Source: an uncultured phage cr272_1
Reading direction: 5' to 3' (one strand)
Length of the DNA: 24,000 nucleotides
Sequence record: NC_055903.1
Positions 6,989 through 14,192 of this stretch are shown here, one piece after another. How positions within the stretch are numbered: the stretch's first letter is position 1; each line of letters begins with the position of its first letter. The position numbers and the translations under genes are program-made. The notes under the pieces were generated by a model. It was not told the DNA's origin and ran no database searches. It saw nothing but the letters and a program-made list of their open reading frames with translations.

Positions 6989-7464
6989 TGCATTCAACTG
7001 TTATCAACAGTCTCATTTTTAGTTATGTTTGGATCATAACTCCTATATTTCCAAAACACCATGGGCCTGACGGTGAATATAGGTTCGTTACAGATGCAGA
7101 TCTATAACTACCACTGCCTCCTTTACTCTGTGGTCTGCGGTTAGACTTTTTATTCACTTATAATTGCTTTACGTAATTGATAAGTAAATTTATTACACAT
7201 GTTGTTTGATTACAACATTGTGCCGGTTCTATCCTTTCCTTTAGAAGTCTAACTTAACTAGATACTTTTGAACCGTATATTTGTAGTCAATAGCTATCCG
7301 CCGCATTTTATATGTGGTGTTGGAACCGCCATTAGCTACAAAAATTTCTATTTAACATAACGACGCTATTTTACTATGTTGCTATAGTCTGCCCCAGCCA
7401 GTCGCGCGTCGGCGTTAGCCGACCGCGTCTTGGCGATAGTTTGAAGATAGTTTGAAGATAGGCT

Positions 7465-7528
7465 GAAGCGTTTATCTCGCATATATCCTGCCCCTGCATG
7501 TGGAACCTCGGAAGCGTTTATCTCGCAT
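7465..7528. repeat. Direct repeat of GAAGCGTTTATCTCGCAT
   Basis: Exact 18-mer at 7465-7482 and 7511-7528. Confidence 0.9.
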
Positions 7529-7539
7529 TCTTAAAAAAC

Positions 7540-7576
7540 AAAAAATACTCAGGCGCGTTAGCGCTTGAGTATTTTG
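7540..7576 (-). terminator. Intrinsic terminator of gene 7581-8426
   Basis: AAAATACTCAGGCGC-gtta-GCGCTTGAGTATTTT palindrome directly after the stop codon, T-rich on the minus strand. Confidence 0.85.
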
Positions 7577-7580
7577 TTGT

Positions 7581-8426
7581 TTAGAACGGAGCGTTTTCTC
7601 CTTCAGCCACTGGTGCTGGAGCAACTGGTGCTGCTGTAGGTGCTGCTGTAGGTGCACTTACGGTAGCAACTGGTGCTGGAGCATTGGCAGGTTTCGCCCA
7701 ATAGGTCTCCTCGATACGTCGACCTTGCTTCTCTACATCGAAGCCGTCGATGTACTGAGGCACAGGCAAGCCTGTTTCTTCGTCAGCGATGAAGCGAGCG
7801 AGGATGGTGAATACGCGGCAGCAATCGCGGATAACTGTCTGTTGTCCACGGTGCTTGGTGTTGAACTTGCGAATCTCGTCAGGGTTTGCAGGGTTGGTTG
7901 CGTAGCAATCCCCCTTCTTGAACTTGTAAGTCCGAATCGCAGCGTGTTCTGGGCATAGAATCGGTGCGACTGTCGAAGCGTACTGTGGGTCTGCTTGCAG
8001 ACTAGCAAGGTCTACCTTGCACTCTTCGGTGGAGAAGTCAAGTTTGCCTTGTGGGTCCTTGGCACCATACTTCATAATGATGTCAAGGACACCCGCCATA
8101 GACGTGTTGTCTTCGAACCACGTTGCCTGCGCCGTTTCGCCTGGTACGGCGACATTACGTTCTACAACGTTCACTCTAATCTTTTTGGCACCGTTGTTGG
8201 AATTCACATCGTCTACCTGAGATAGGGTGATTGCTTGTGGAACGAACTTGTCGTACTCGCGCATCTTGTTGCGGACCATTGCGTCGTAAGTCGCAGGGTC
8301 TACGTAAGACTGGTTGGCACTTGGCTGATTCATCATCTGCTGATTCATCATCTGCTGAAGCATTGCTTGCATCATCATTGGATTCATCATACCGTTGTTC
8401 ATCATGTTCATTGCATCGTTTGTCAT
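7581..8426 (-). CDS. Hypothetical protein (281 aa) with Met/Gln/Asn-rich N-terminus and Ala/Pro-rich C-terminus
   Basis: Long ORF with its own terminator; MMNQQMMNQ-rich N-term and APTAAPTAAPVAPAP tail. Confidence 0.85.
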   Translation of the reverse strand: MTNDAMNMMNNGMMNPMMMQAMLQQMMNQQMMNQPSANQSYVDPATYDAMVRNKMREYDKFVPQAITLSQVDDVNSNNGAKKIRVNVVERNVAVPGETAQATWFEDNTSMAGVLDIIMKYGAKDPQGKLDFSTEECKVDLASLQADPQYASTVAPILCPEHAAIRTYKFKKGDCYATNPANPDEIRKFNTKHRGQQTVIRDCCRVFTILARFIADEETGLPVPQYIDGFDVEKQGRRIEETYWAKPANAPAPVATVSAPTAAPTAAPVAPAPVAEGENAPF

Positions 8427-8626
8427 AGTTGTGTGATATTAAATTGTGAATAATGTGGATTGTCAATATCAACTCGATGAGATTTATAGTCTCACCGTGA
8501 CGGTAAACAAGCGCTATATATTAAATACACAGCATGTGCTTGCTTACACCTAAACTCGAGGTTAATCGGGTAAAGGTCCTTCTTTGCTTGTTAATTAAGC
8601 CGAAGGCGTCGGTCCGCAGGACCGGG

Positions 8627-8754
8627 TGTGTATGAAAGCGTTAAAAGTCAAAGCGCAGCCCAAAGAAGGAGCCGGTAGGCGACTGAGATGTGTATGAAGC
8701 GATGAGAAATAAGGCGCAGCCAGGGAGGGCGTAGCCGAGGCGCCGGTAGGCGCC
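8627..8754. repeat. Degenerate direct repeat in a GC-rich non-coding patch
   Basis: TGTGTATGAAAGCG/TGTGTATGAAGCG, GCGCAGCC x2 and GCCGGTAGGCG x2 occur in the same order. Confidence 0.65.
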
Positions 8755-9174
8755 GAAGAGAAGGAAGTAACAAACATTACATAAGCAAATTAAGTTTTGC
8801 GTAGCATGGAGGGCGTAGCCCAAAGTTTATACTTCGAACAACACAAAAGACTAATACACATGGGACAGACATAGAGACAGAAATGTCTAAGGTAGTAGGC
8901 AACAATACACAACAGATAGACTCACATCATAACAACACATGACACATAGATTAGACATAACAAAAACAAATACACAACATCTCGACTACTGTCTTTCAGA
9001 GGCACAAGACTTCAGACTTAACGGTTACTTGTTAGGCGTAGCCAAAAAAGATATTCACAATATAACACCACGGGGGGTGTTTTTCGAGGCTATCTACGGT
9101 GGGGTCATAGTATCAGGAGTTTCACGTTTCCACACACTTTTCACACATTTAAAAAAAATAAAAAAAAAATAAAA

Positions 9175-9206
9175 AAAGCTGAACAATCTTTCGATCATCC
9201 AGCTTT
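9175..9206 (-). terminator. GNRA-loop intrinsic terminator of gene 9220-9639
   Basis: Minus AAAGCTG-GA-TGATC-GAAA-GATTG-TT-CAGCTTT followed by a long T-tract, right after the stop codon. Confidence 0.8.
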
Positions 9207-9219
9207 CTTCAAAAATCTA

Positions 9220-9639
9220 TTATTTTATTTCTTCATATGGAACATATTCGTCCATTATGGTTTCCTTAGGGGGCTCTTGTGATTCAATAGAATCTTTGAG
9301 CTTTTCTACTTCTTTATTTATCTCATCTAAAGTCTGTTTGTCTTTCTCTGACACGTCTGTATTTGCTTTATCTATAGCATCTGTTAGAACTGTCATACGT
9401 TTGATGAGATCTTCTTTAGATATGTTGTTGTACAAGTAGTATAGGTAACTCTGAGCATTGTTTAAGTATACTTTGTATACTTCATTATGCGGGTTATCTG
9501 CTACATCTTTAGTTAATTTATCTACCAATGCTTCAACCTCATCAATGGTCTTTTTTGGTAGATTACCTTTATCGTCGACCTTATTGATTAAGTTGCCGTC
9601 GATATCGTATATATTTGCGTGTTTATTTATCTGTGCCAT
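9220..9639 (-). CDS. Coiled-coil-rich hypothetical protein (139 aa)
   Basis: Complete ORF, TAA stop, terminator downstream. Confidence 0.8.
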   Translation of the reverse strand: MAQINKHANIYDIDGNLINKVDDKGNLPKKTIDEVEALVDKLTKDVADNPHNEVYKVYLNNAQSYLYYLYNNISKEDLIKRMTVLTDAIDKANTDVSEKDKQTLDEINKEVEKLKDSIESQEPPKETIMDEYVPYEEIK

Positions 9640-9799
9640 TATATTCGTTATCTTTTCTTAATTTAGCATATGTATCCCAGCTTTTTTCACATTTAGCTGT
9701 TAGATCTAATGCCTTTATATAATCCGGATCTTTTAAGAAACTTTTCAGCGTGGTAGACGTACCTTGTACATTCTCTTTGGTATTCGTCTCCTCTTTCAT
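9623..9799 (-). CDS. Alternative small ORF (58 aa), competes with the recoded C-terminus of 9693-10196
   Basis: MKEETNTKENVQGTSTTLKSFLKDPDYIKALDLTAKCEKSWDTYAKLRKDNEYNGTDK; start and stop intact, start of the downstream gene overlaps it. Confidence 0.3.
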   Translation of the reverse strand: MKEETNTKENVQGTSTTLKSFLKDPDYIKALDLTAKCEKSWDTYAKLRKDNEYNGTDK

Positions 9800-10196
9800 C
9801 TAATATAGTGTGTGTATATGTTTGATTATTAAGCCAATTTTCGTAGTGTTTAAAGGCCTGTTTCCTCTCTCTTTTGGGGCTATATTGGTGTATACACTAT
9901 AACATTTTATAGGCATCTACAGAACCACAGGCTCGTAACATGGATATATCGTCTATAAAGCTTTGTGCTCCAGCTTCCCCATCAGATTTTTTTAATAACT
10001 CATATTCTTGTACAGATTGTATAAAGTATGGGTTATTTTGATCATATACTGGTTCACACCCTACAATGTATGCTGCGTTTTTTGGGGCCCCGTGTATAAA
10101 GAAATACTTGCAATTGTCAGTTACGGGGGTATCTGTACACTTTAGGCTTAAGAAATCAGCGTAATATAGTATATAATTCAGTTCAATATTATTCAT
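9693..10196 (-). CDS. Hypothetical phage protein read through TAG at 9897-9899 (167 aa)
   Basis: The 99-aa ORF continues in frame past TAG as [Q]CIHQYSPKRERKQAFKHYENWLNNQTYTHTILDERGDEYQRECTRYVYHAEKFLKRSGLYKGIRSNS to a TAA; the extension looks protein-like. Confidence 0.65.
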
Positions 10197-10597
10197 TTCT
10201 TACACATGGTATTAAAGATACACTTAGTTACATACCCACAAAGGTAGGCGAAAGGCTCTTGTAGAGTATATTTCACCGGGATATCTGATTCAATATACTG
10301 ATATGTGTCACAACACACATGTATTGCTTCATGTGCAGCAACATCTACCAATAAAGACAAACTTGTAGACTTATCTTTTGTTATATTACACTTTACTAGT
10401 ATACAATATTTCTTAGTCTTTTTATTAAAACAAGCGGTTGTTGTAGCATCTCCCTTAAGTATACTGTCATCTAGTTCTGTTTTATCAGAGTATTGTAATA
10501 ACTTTTGTAAGTCTACTAATTTTATAGAGTTACTAGCTACTATAAAATTTATAGGGTATATTGTATTATATGTATCTATACTTCCTTTACTCTTCAT
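10193..10597 (-). CDS. Putative zincin-type metallopeptidase-like protein (134 aa)
   Basis: AAHEAIHVCCDTYQYI (HExxH) followed by a downstream QEPFAYLCGYV glutamate. Confidence 0.7.
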   Translation of the reverse strand: MKSKGSIDTYNTIYPINFIVASNSIKLVDLQKLLQYSDKTELDDSILKGDATTTACFNKKTKKYCILVKCNITKDKSTSLSLLVDVAAHEAIHVCCDTYQYIESDIPVKYTLQEPFAYLCGYVTKCIFNTMCKK

Positions 10598-10653
10598 ATG
10601 CTGTATAATATTATTATATCTATATATATCTATATTTCTTTGTTACTTTCTTT

Positions 10654-10738
10654 ATACAACATACTAACGTTGTATAAGCTTTATTTGGTTGCATTTGGAA
10701 AAATTATATAATTGCTGCAACCAATTGAGTATATACTT
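10654..10738. promoter_or_regulatory. Divergent intergenic control region
   Basis: Between oppositely oriented blocks: inverted repeats ATACAAC/GTTGTAT (10654-10675) and TTGGTTGCA/TGCAACCAA (10685-10724), AT-rich, with TATACTTG at 10731-10738. Confidence 0.5.
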
Positions 10739-10770
10739 GCGTTATATGTGTGATTTTAAACGAAATTACA

Positions 10771-11157
10771 ATGAATGCAAAAGTATTAAACGTTATTGAA
10801 CCGATGTTCTCGTTGTTACCTGGCGATACTTTAGAGTTAACTGACGATGGAACATCTTATGTGGCAGAAATATCAGATTCTGATTTTAATGAGCGTGAAG
10901 TTGTGTCAGCAACATTAAAGATTTCGGCAAACTACGCGCAAGAGTTGGTTAAAGCTGGTTATTTGCAAGTACCAACCGATGAAAATAAGGGATTCATCAA
11001 CGTATTTGACGAAATTGATTCGCTACTTACTAAGTACAACGAAGATTTGTCTAACGTTGGTTCTGAGGATATGCCAGAGTGCATGCGAGTTGAGAAAACA
11101 ACCGTACTCAAGAATATGATTAAACTTTTGGAACATCTTAAATCAGTAAAGAAATAA
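10771..11157 (+). CDS. Hypothetical protein (128 aa from ATG)
   Basis: First plus-strand gene; ORF track starts at GTG 10750 but ATG 10771 is more likely. Confidence 0.75.
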   Translation: MNAKVLNVIEPMFSLLPGDTLELTDDGTSYVAEISDSDFNEREVVSATLKISANYAQELVKAGYLQVPTDENKGFINVFDEIDSLLTKYNEDLSNVGSEDMPECMRVEKTTVLKNMIKLLEHLKSVKK

Positions 11158-11570
11158 TGGACGAAGAGAAAATTATAGACCAGTCTCAGTTGGCGGAGTC
11201 TATTTCTGAGAAGATAAAGATGGAATTTTCAGATTTGTTTCTGGTAAAACCCCTGGCTCCAATTAAAGTCGTAAAAGAATTTAGTAAGTTGCCAAACACA
11301 GCACCAACTAAAGATAAGGAAGGTGTAGAAGCAATAGATGTAGACAAGGTAGAGACAGAAACAAAGGAAGTCGATTCAGATTATAGAAAGGGCATTATAA
11401 TTAAGATACCCTTCTGTTATAAAGCAAACAAAGAAGAGTGGAAAGGAGTTACTCAAGATCTAAAACCAGGCGATACAGTACTGTTTAGAGAGACATCCGG
11501 TTTACGATTCGACTTACTTAAAGATAGCAGACTTCTTAGAGTATACGATATTTTAGCAGTTTGTAAGTGA
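11157..11570 (+). CDS. Hypothetical protein (137 aa)
   Basis: Coupled ORF; C-terminal LKPGDTVLFRETSGLRFDLLKDSRLLRVYDILAVCK looks like a small beta domain, fold not established. Confidence 0.75.
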   Translation: MDEEKIIDQSQLAESISEKIKMEFSDLFLVKPLAPIKVVKEFSKLPNTAPTKDKEGVEAIDVDKVETETKEVDSDYRKGIIIKIPFCYKANKEEWKGVTQDLKPGDTVLFRETSGLRFDLLKDSRLLRVYDILAVCK

Positions 11571-11785
11571 TAGACATTTACGAAATAGCAAAAGAAGTAG
11601 CTAAACAGTTAAACATAGATTACGATATAGCATTACAAGTGTGCCAACATCCATTTATGTTTACTGTACAGAAGATGAAAGATAATTCAGATTCTAAAAG
11701 CATATTATTCAACGAACTATTTAAATTTAAAATAAAATCTAGATTTAAAAATGACAAATCAAGAGACTACAGCCCGTTCAAATAA
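11567..11785 (+). CDS. Hypothetical protein (72 aa), GTG start
   Basis: GTG start overlapping the preceding TGA stop. Confidence 0.6.
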   Translation: MIDIYEIAKEVAKQLNIDYDIALQVCQHPFMFTVQKMKDNSDSKSILFNELFKFKIKSRFKNDKSRDYSPFK

Positions 11786-12134
11786 AACAATTTTCATAAA
11801 CTCTGGTGAAAAGGCAGTTATATTCGACTATGACAAGAATGAAGCTCACCAACTAAGAACTTGTATGACTTCTATAGATTGGATGTATGTTGCGCCAGAC
11901 GACTGTGAAGTGCGTGTAAAGGACAAGAAGACAAATAAAACAATTGTATATAAGGCAAATAAAGATGATATTATTATACAGTTCTACAACGAGAGCACAA
12001 CAAAAAACCTTTGCGCGGTTATAAAGAACAAAGAGTGGCGCGAGAATGTAATAGAAAACAGAATCGCTGCAGAAATAAAAAAGCTTAATGACTGTGAACG
12101 CTGTAATGACTGTGAACAGGCATGTATAAGATAA
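11751..12134 (+). CDS. Hypothetical protein (127 aa)
   Basis: Complete ORF overlapping the preceding gene. Confidence 0.7.
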   Translation: MTNQETTARSNKTIFINSGEKAVIFDYDKNEAHQLRTCMTSIDWMYVAPDDCEVRVKDKKTNKTIVYKANKDDIIIQFYNESTTKNLCAVIKNKEWRENVIENRIAAEIKKLNDCERCNDCEQACIR

Positions 12135-12168
12135 AGTTTTTAAAAATTAACGTTAATTAGATTATAAA

Positions 12169-12525
12169 ATGACAAAGAAAAGTTCGGCTAGCAAGACAGC
12201 CAAGAAATCAACAAAGAAAGTTAATCCTGTATATACAGTGGATTTGACAAACGTAAAGAGCGCAAATGACATTTATTTTGCTTTTGTAACAGCAAAAGTT
12301 CGTGCTGGTGAACCAATCACCACTAAAGAACTTAACGGATATACCGCATCATATCGTGCAAATGTTCTTGAACCAACCAAGCAACAGGCAGAAGCATTTA
12401 TTATCCTTGGTTGTTCAATATTGTCCAAGATGCTTAATGACATGTACGAAGAGTGCGAGACAAAAAATACTCCATGGTACAAGAAGGCTTGGAATAAGGT
12501 AAAGTCTTTCTTTCATGGAAAATGA
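12169..12525 (+). CDS. Hypothetical protein with Lys/Ser-rich basic N-terminus (118 aa)
   Basis: Complete ORF MTKKSSASKTAKKSTKKVNP... Confidence 0.75.
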   Translation: MTKKSSASKTAKKSTKKVNPVYTVDLTNVKSANDIYFAFVTAKVRAGEPITTKELNGYTASYRANVLEPTKQQAEAFIILGCSILSKMLNDMYEECETKNTPWYKKAWNKVKSFFHGK

Positions 12526-12584
12526 AATAAGCGCAATCGCATACAGAAGATGTGATTGAACTTACTTACCATAAAACCTTAACC

Positions 12585-12600
12585 GGGGGCTTTTGCCCCC
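12585..12600 (+). promoter_or_regulatory. Leader hairpin immediately 5' of the suppressor tRNA
   Basis: GGGGGC-TTTT-GCCCCC; both arms complementary to tRNA acceptor strands. Confidence 0.6.
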
Positions 12601-12605
12601 AACAT

Positions 12606-12678
12606 TCCCCCGTGGCGTAACGATAGCGCGAAGAGCTCTAACCTCTTGTCAGTCTCGGTTTGAATCCGGGCGGGGGCA
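12606..12678 (+). tRNA. Amber suppressor tRNA (anticodon CTA)
   Basis: TCCCCCG-TG-GCGTAACGATAGCGC-G-AAGAG-CTCTAAC-CTCTT-GTCAGT-CTCGG-TTTGAAT-CCGGG-CGGGGGC-A; anticodon CTA at 12638-12640; unpaired T1/C72 position. Confidence 0.9.
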
Positions 12679-12713
12679 CTATTTTCATAATACATTCATA
12701 ATATAAATTAAAC

Positions 12714-13283
12714 ATGATTATTAAATTTAAAAGATTGTCAGAAAAGGCTGTACAGCCTTCACGAGCAACAAGCGGTAGTGCTGGTTACGATTTGACTTGT
12801 TCTAGAATAACAACAGAACTCAATGAGTGCGGACAGGTTGTTTTAGTATATCATACAGACCTTGCTTTAGAAATCCCTGAGGGTTATGAGGCACAACTTC
12901 GTACTAGAAGTTCTATCAGCAAGAAAAGTCTACGTTTATGTACAGGCATGTCTACAATCGATAGTGATTATCGTGGTGAAATTTCCGCTAAGTTTATTGT
13001 TACAACAGACGTTGTTCCTTCAATATATAAAGAAGGTGAGCGTTTTGCACAACTGGTAATTGCGAAGGTAGAATCACCGGAGTTCCAGGAGGCAGATGAA
13101 CTTAGTGAAACAGATAGAGGTACTGGTGGTTTTGGTTCTACTGGTACTGGAGTAATGGATAGCGCGGCTACAGGACTTGATCAGAACGCTCATGATAAAG
13201 ATACAGAAGAGCAACCTGCAGGAGATGATCAGGCTGCACCAGAGCAAGCGGCTGGGGACACTAGCGCCCCTGAGCAAGCATAA
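12714..13283 (+). CDS. dut: dUTP diphosphatase (dUTPase) with Ala/Pro/Gln-rich C-terminal extension
   Basis: Motifs SAGYDL, RSS, GMSTIDSDYRGEI, and C-terminal RGTGGFGSTG. Confidence 0.93.
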   Translation: MIIKFKRLSEKAVQPSRATSGSAGYDLTCSRITTELNECGQVVLVYHTDLALEIPEGYEAQLRTRSSISKKSLRLCTGMSTIDSDYRGEISAKFIVTTDVVPSIYKEGERFAQLVIAKVESPEFQEADELSETDRGTGGFGSTGTGVMDSAATGLDQNAHDKDTEEQPAGDDQAAPEQAAGDTSAPEQA

Positions 13284-13338
13284 TAATAACGTTATAAAAG
13301 CTTGGACGATCGGCGTCCGTGGCGGGCAATGATTGTGG

Positions 13339-13374
13339 GTTTATGGGGATTCCGTTAGCGGGGTTCCCATAAAC
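13339..13374 (+). terminator. Strong hairpin after dut (terminator or processing site)
   Basis: GTTTATGGGGATTCCG-TTAG-CGGGGTTCCCATAAAC, 16 paired positions including G.U; followed by tgtttatata. Confidence 0.65.
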
Positions 13375-13411
13375 TGTTTATATATGGTTGTATAATTTAA
13401 AACTATATACA

Positions 13412-14188
13412 ATGGTGATAAAAAATAAGTACTTATATTATAAAACATTAGGTGGATTTACTTCTGCTTTATAGAATGGGTACATATCTAGCGACAGTAT
13501 TGCGTTTATAGAAGACGTATAGCTGATATGGACACACGGCATTTTATATGGGGGAGGTAGTGGGTAGATAGATGACGATTTATCTACCACATCGGAGAAC
13601 GCAGTACAAAATAAAGTAGTTACTGCAGCTATATCTGCTAAAGCAGATTCTGATGAACTAAAGTACTATTCTACAAAGAATGAGTTTAAATAGTTTGCGG
13701 ACAGTATTGATGCAAAAGTAAATAAATCAAAAGGTTATTTTAGTTCACAAGCAGCTCTTTTAGAAGCTTTCCCAAGTCCTACTGTGGGCGAATGGGCAAT
13801 TGTACAGAAAGGGGGACGTGTAGTAGTCTTTGAATGTTTAGAAGACGGTATATGGACTGATACAAATAAAAACTACGACACAACTATAGATCTTTCTGAG
13901 TATGTAAAAGCTAAATATCTAGAAGACTATATAAAAAAGAAAGACGCGCAAGAGAAACTTGTTAGCGGAGTAAATATAAAGACAATAAACGGAAGGTCTA
14001 TTCTTGGTTCTGGAGACATGCTAGTAGCAAACGGATCTAGTAAAGATGGCACCAAACACGTGTTTGTTACACAAGGCGAATATGATTCAATGCCAGAGCA
14101 CGACATAAATACAATATATTTTGTATACGACGGAACTACTGTCGAAGGCTGGGGTTTTGGCGATAAATTACCAATTATATTAAAATAA
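13412..14188 (+). CDS. Phage tail/adhesin-associated protein, TAG-recoded (258 aa)
   Basis: In-frame TAGs at 13472, 13520, 13565, 13691. Reading TAG as Q gives MVIKNKYLYYKTLGGFTSALQNGYISSDSIAFIEDVQLIWTHGILYGGGSGQIDDDLSTTSENAVQNKVV..., continuous with the 13784-14188 ORF. Confidence 0.9.
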
Positions 14189-14192
14189 AGAT

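Noticed and set aside
6113-7580. CRISPR array or TAG-interrupted coding gene as explanation of the repeated motifs
   Set aside because: Repeat copies are too short and divergent and unequally spaced for CRISPR; all frames contain many TAA/TGA codons, so TAG recoding does not open a gene.
7725-8008. ORFs antisense to 7581-8426
   Set aside because: Shadow ORFs of a well-supported minus-strand gene with its own terminator.
8939-9172. 77-aa plus-strand ORF MTHRLDITKTNT...
   Set aside because: Opposite to neighbours, ends in a poly-A tract (KKIKKK) and contains the repeated GGCGTAGCC palindrome; no recognisable features, though it cannot be excluded.
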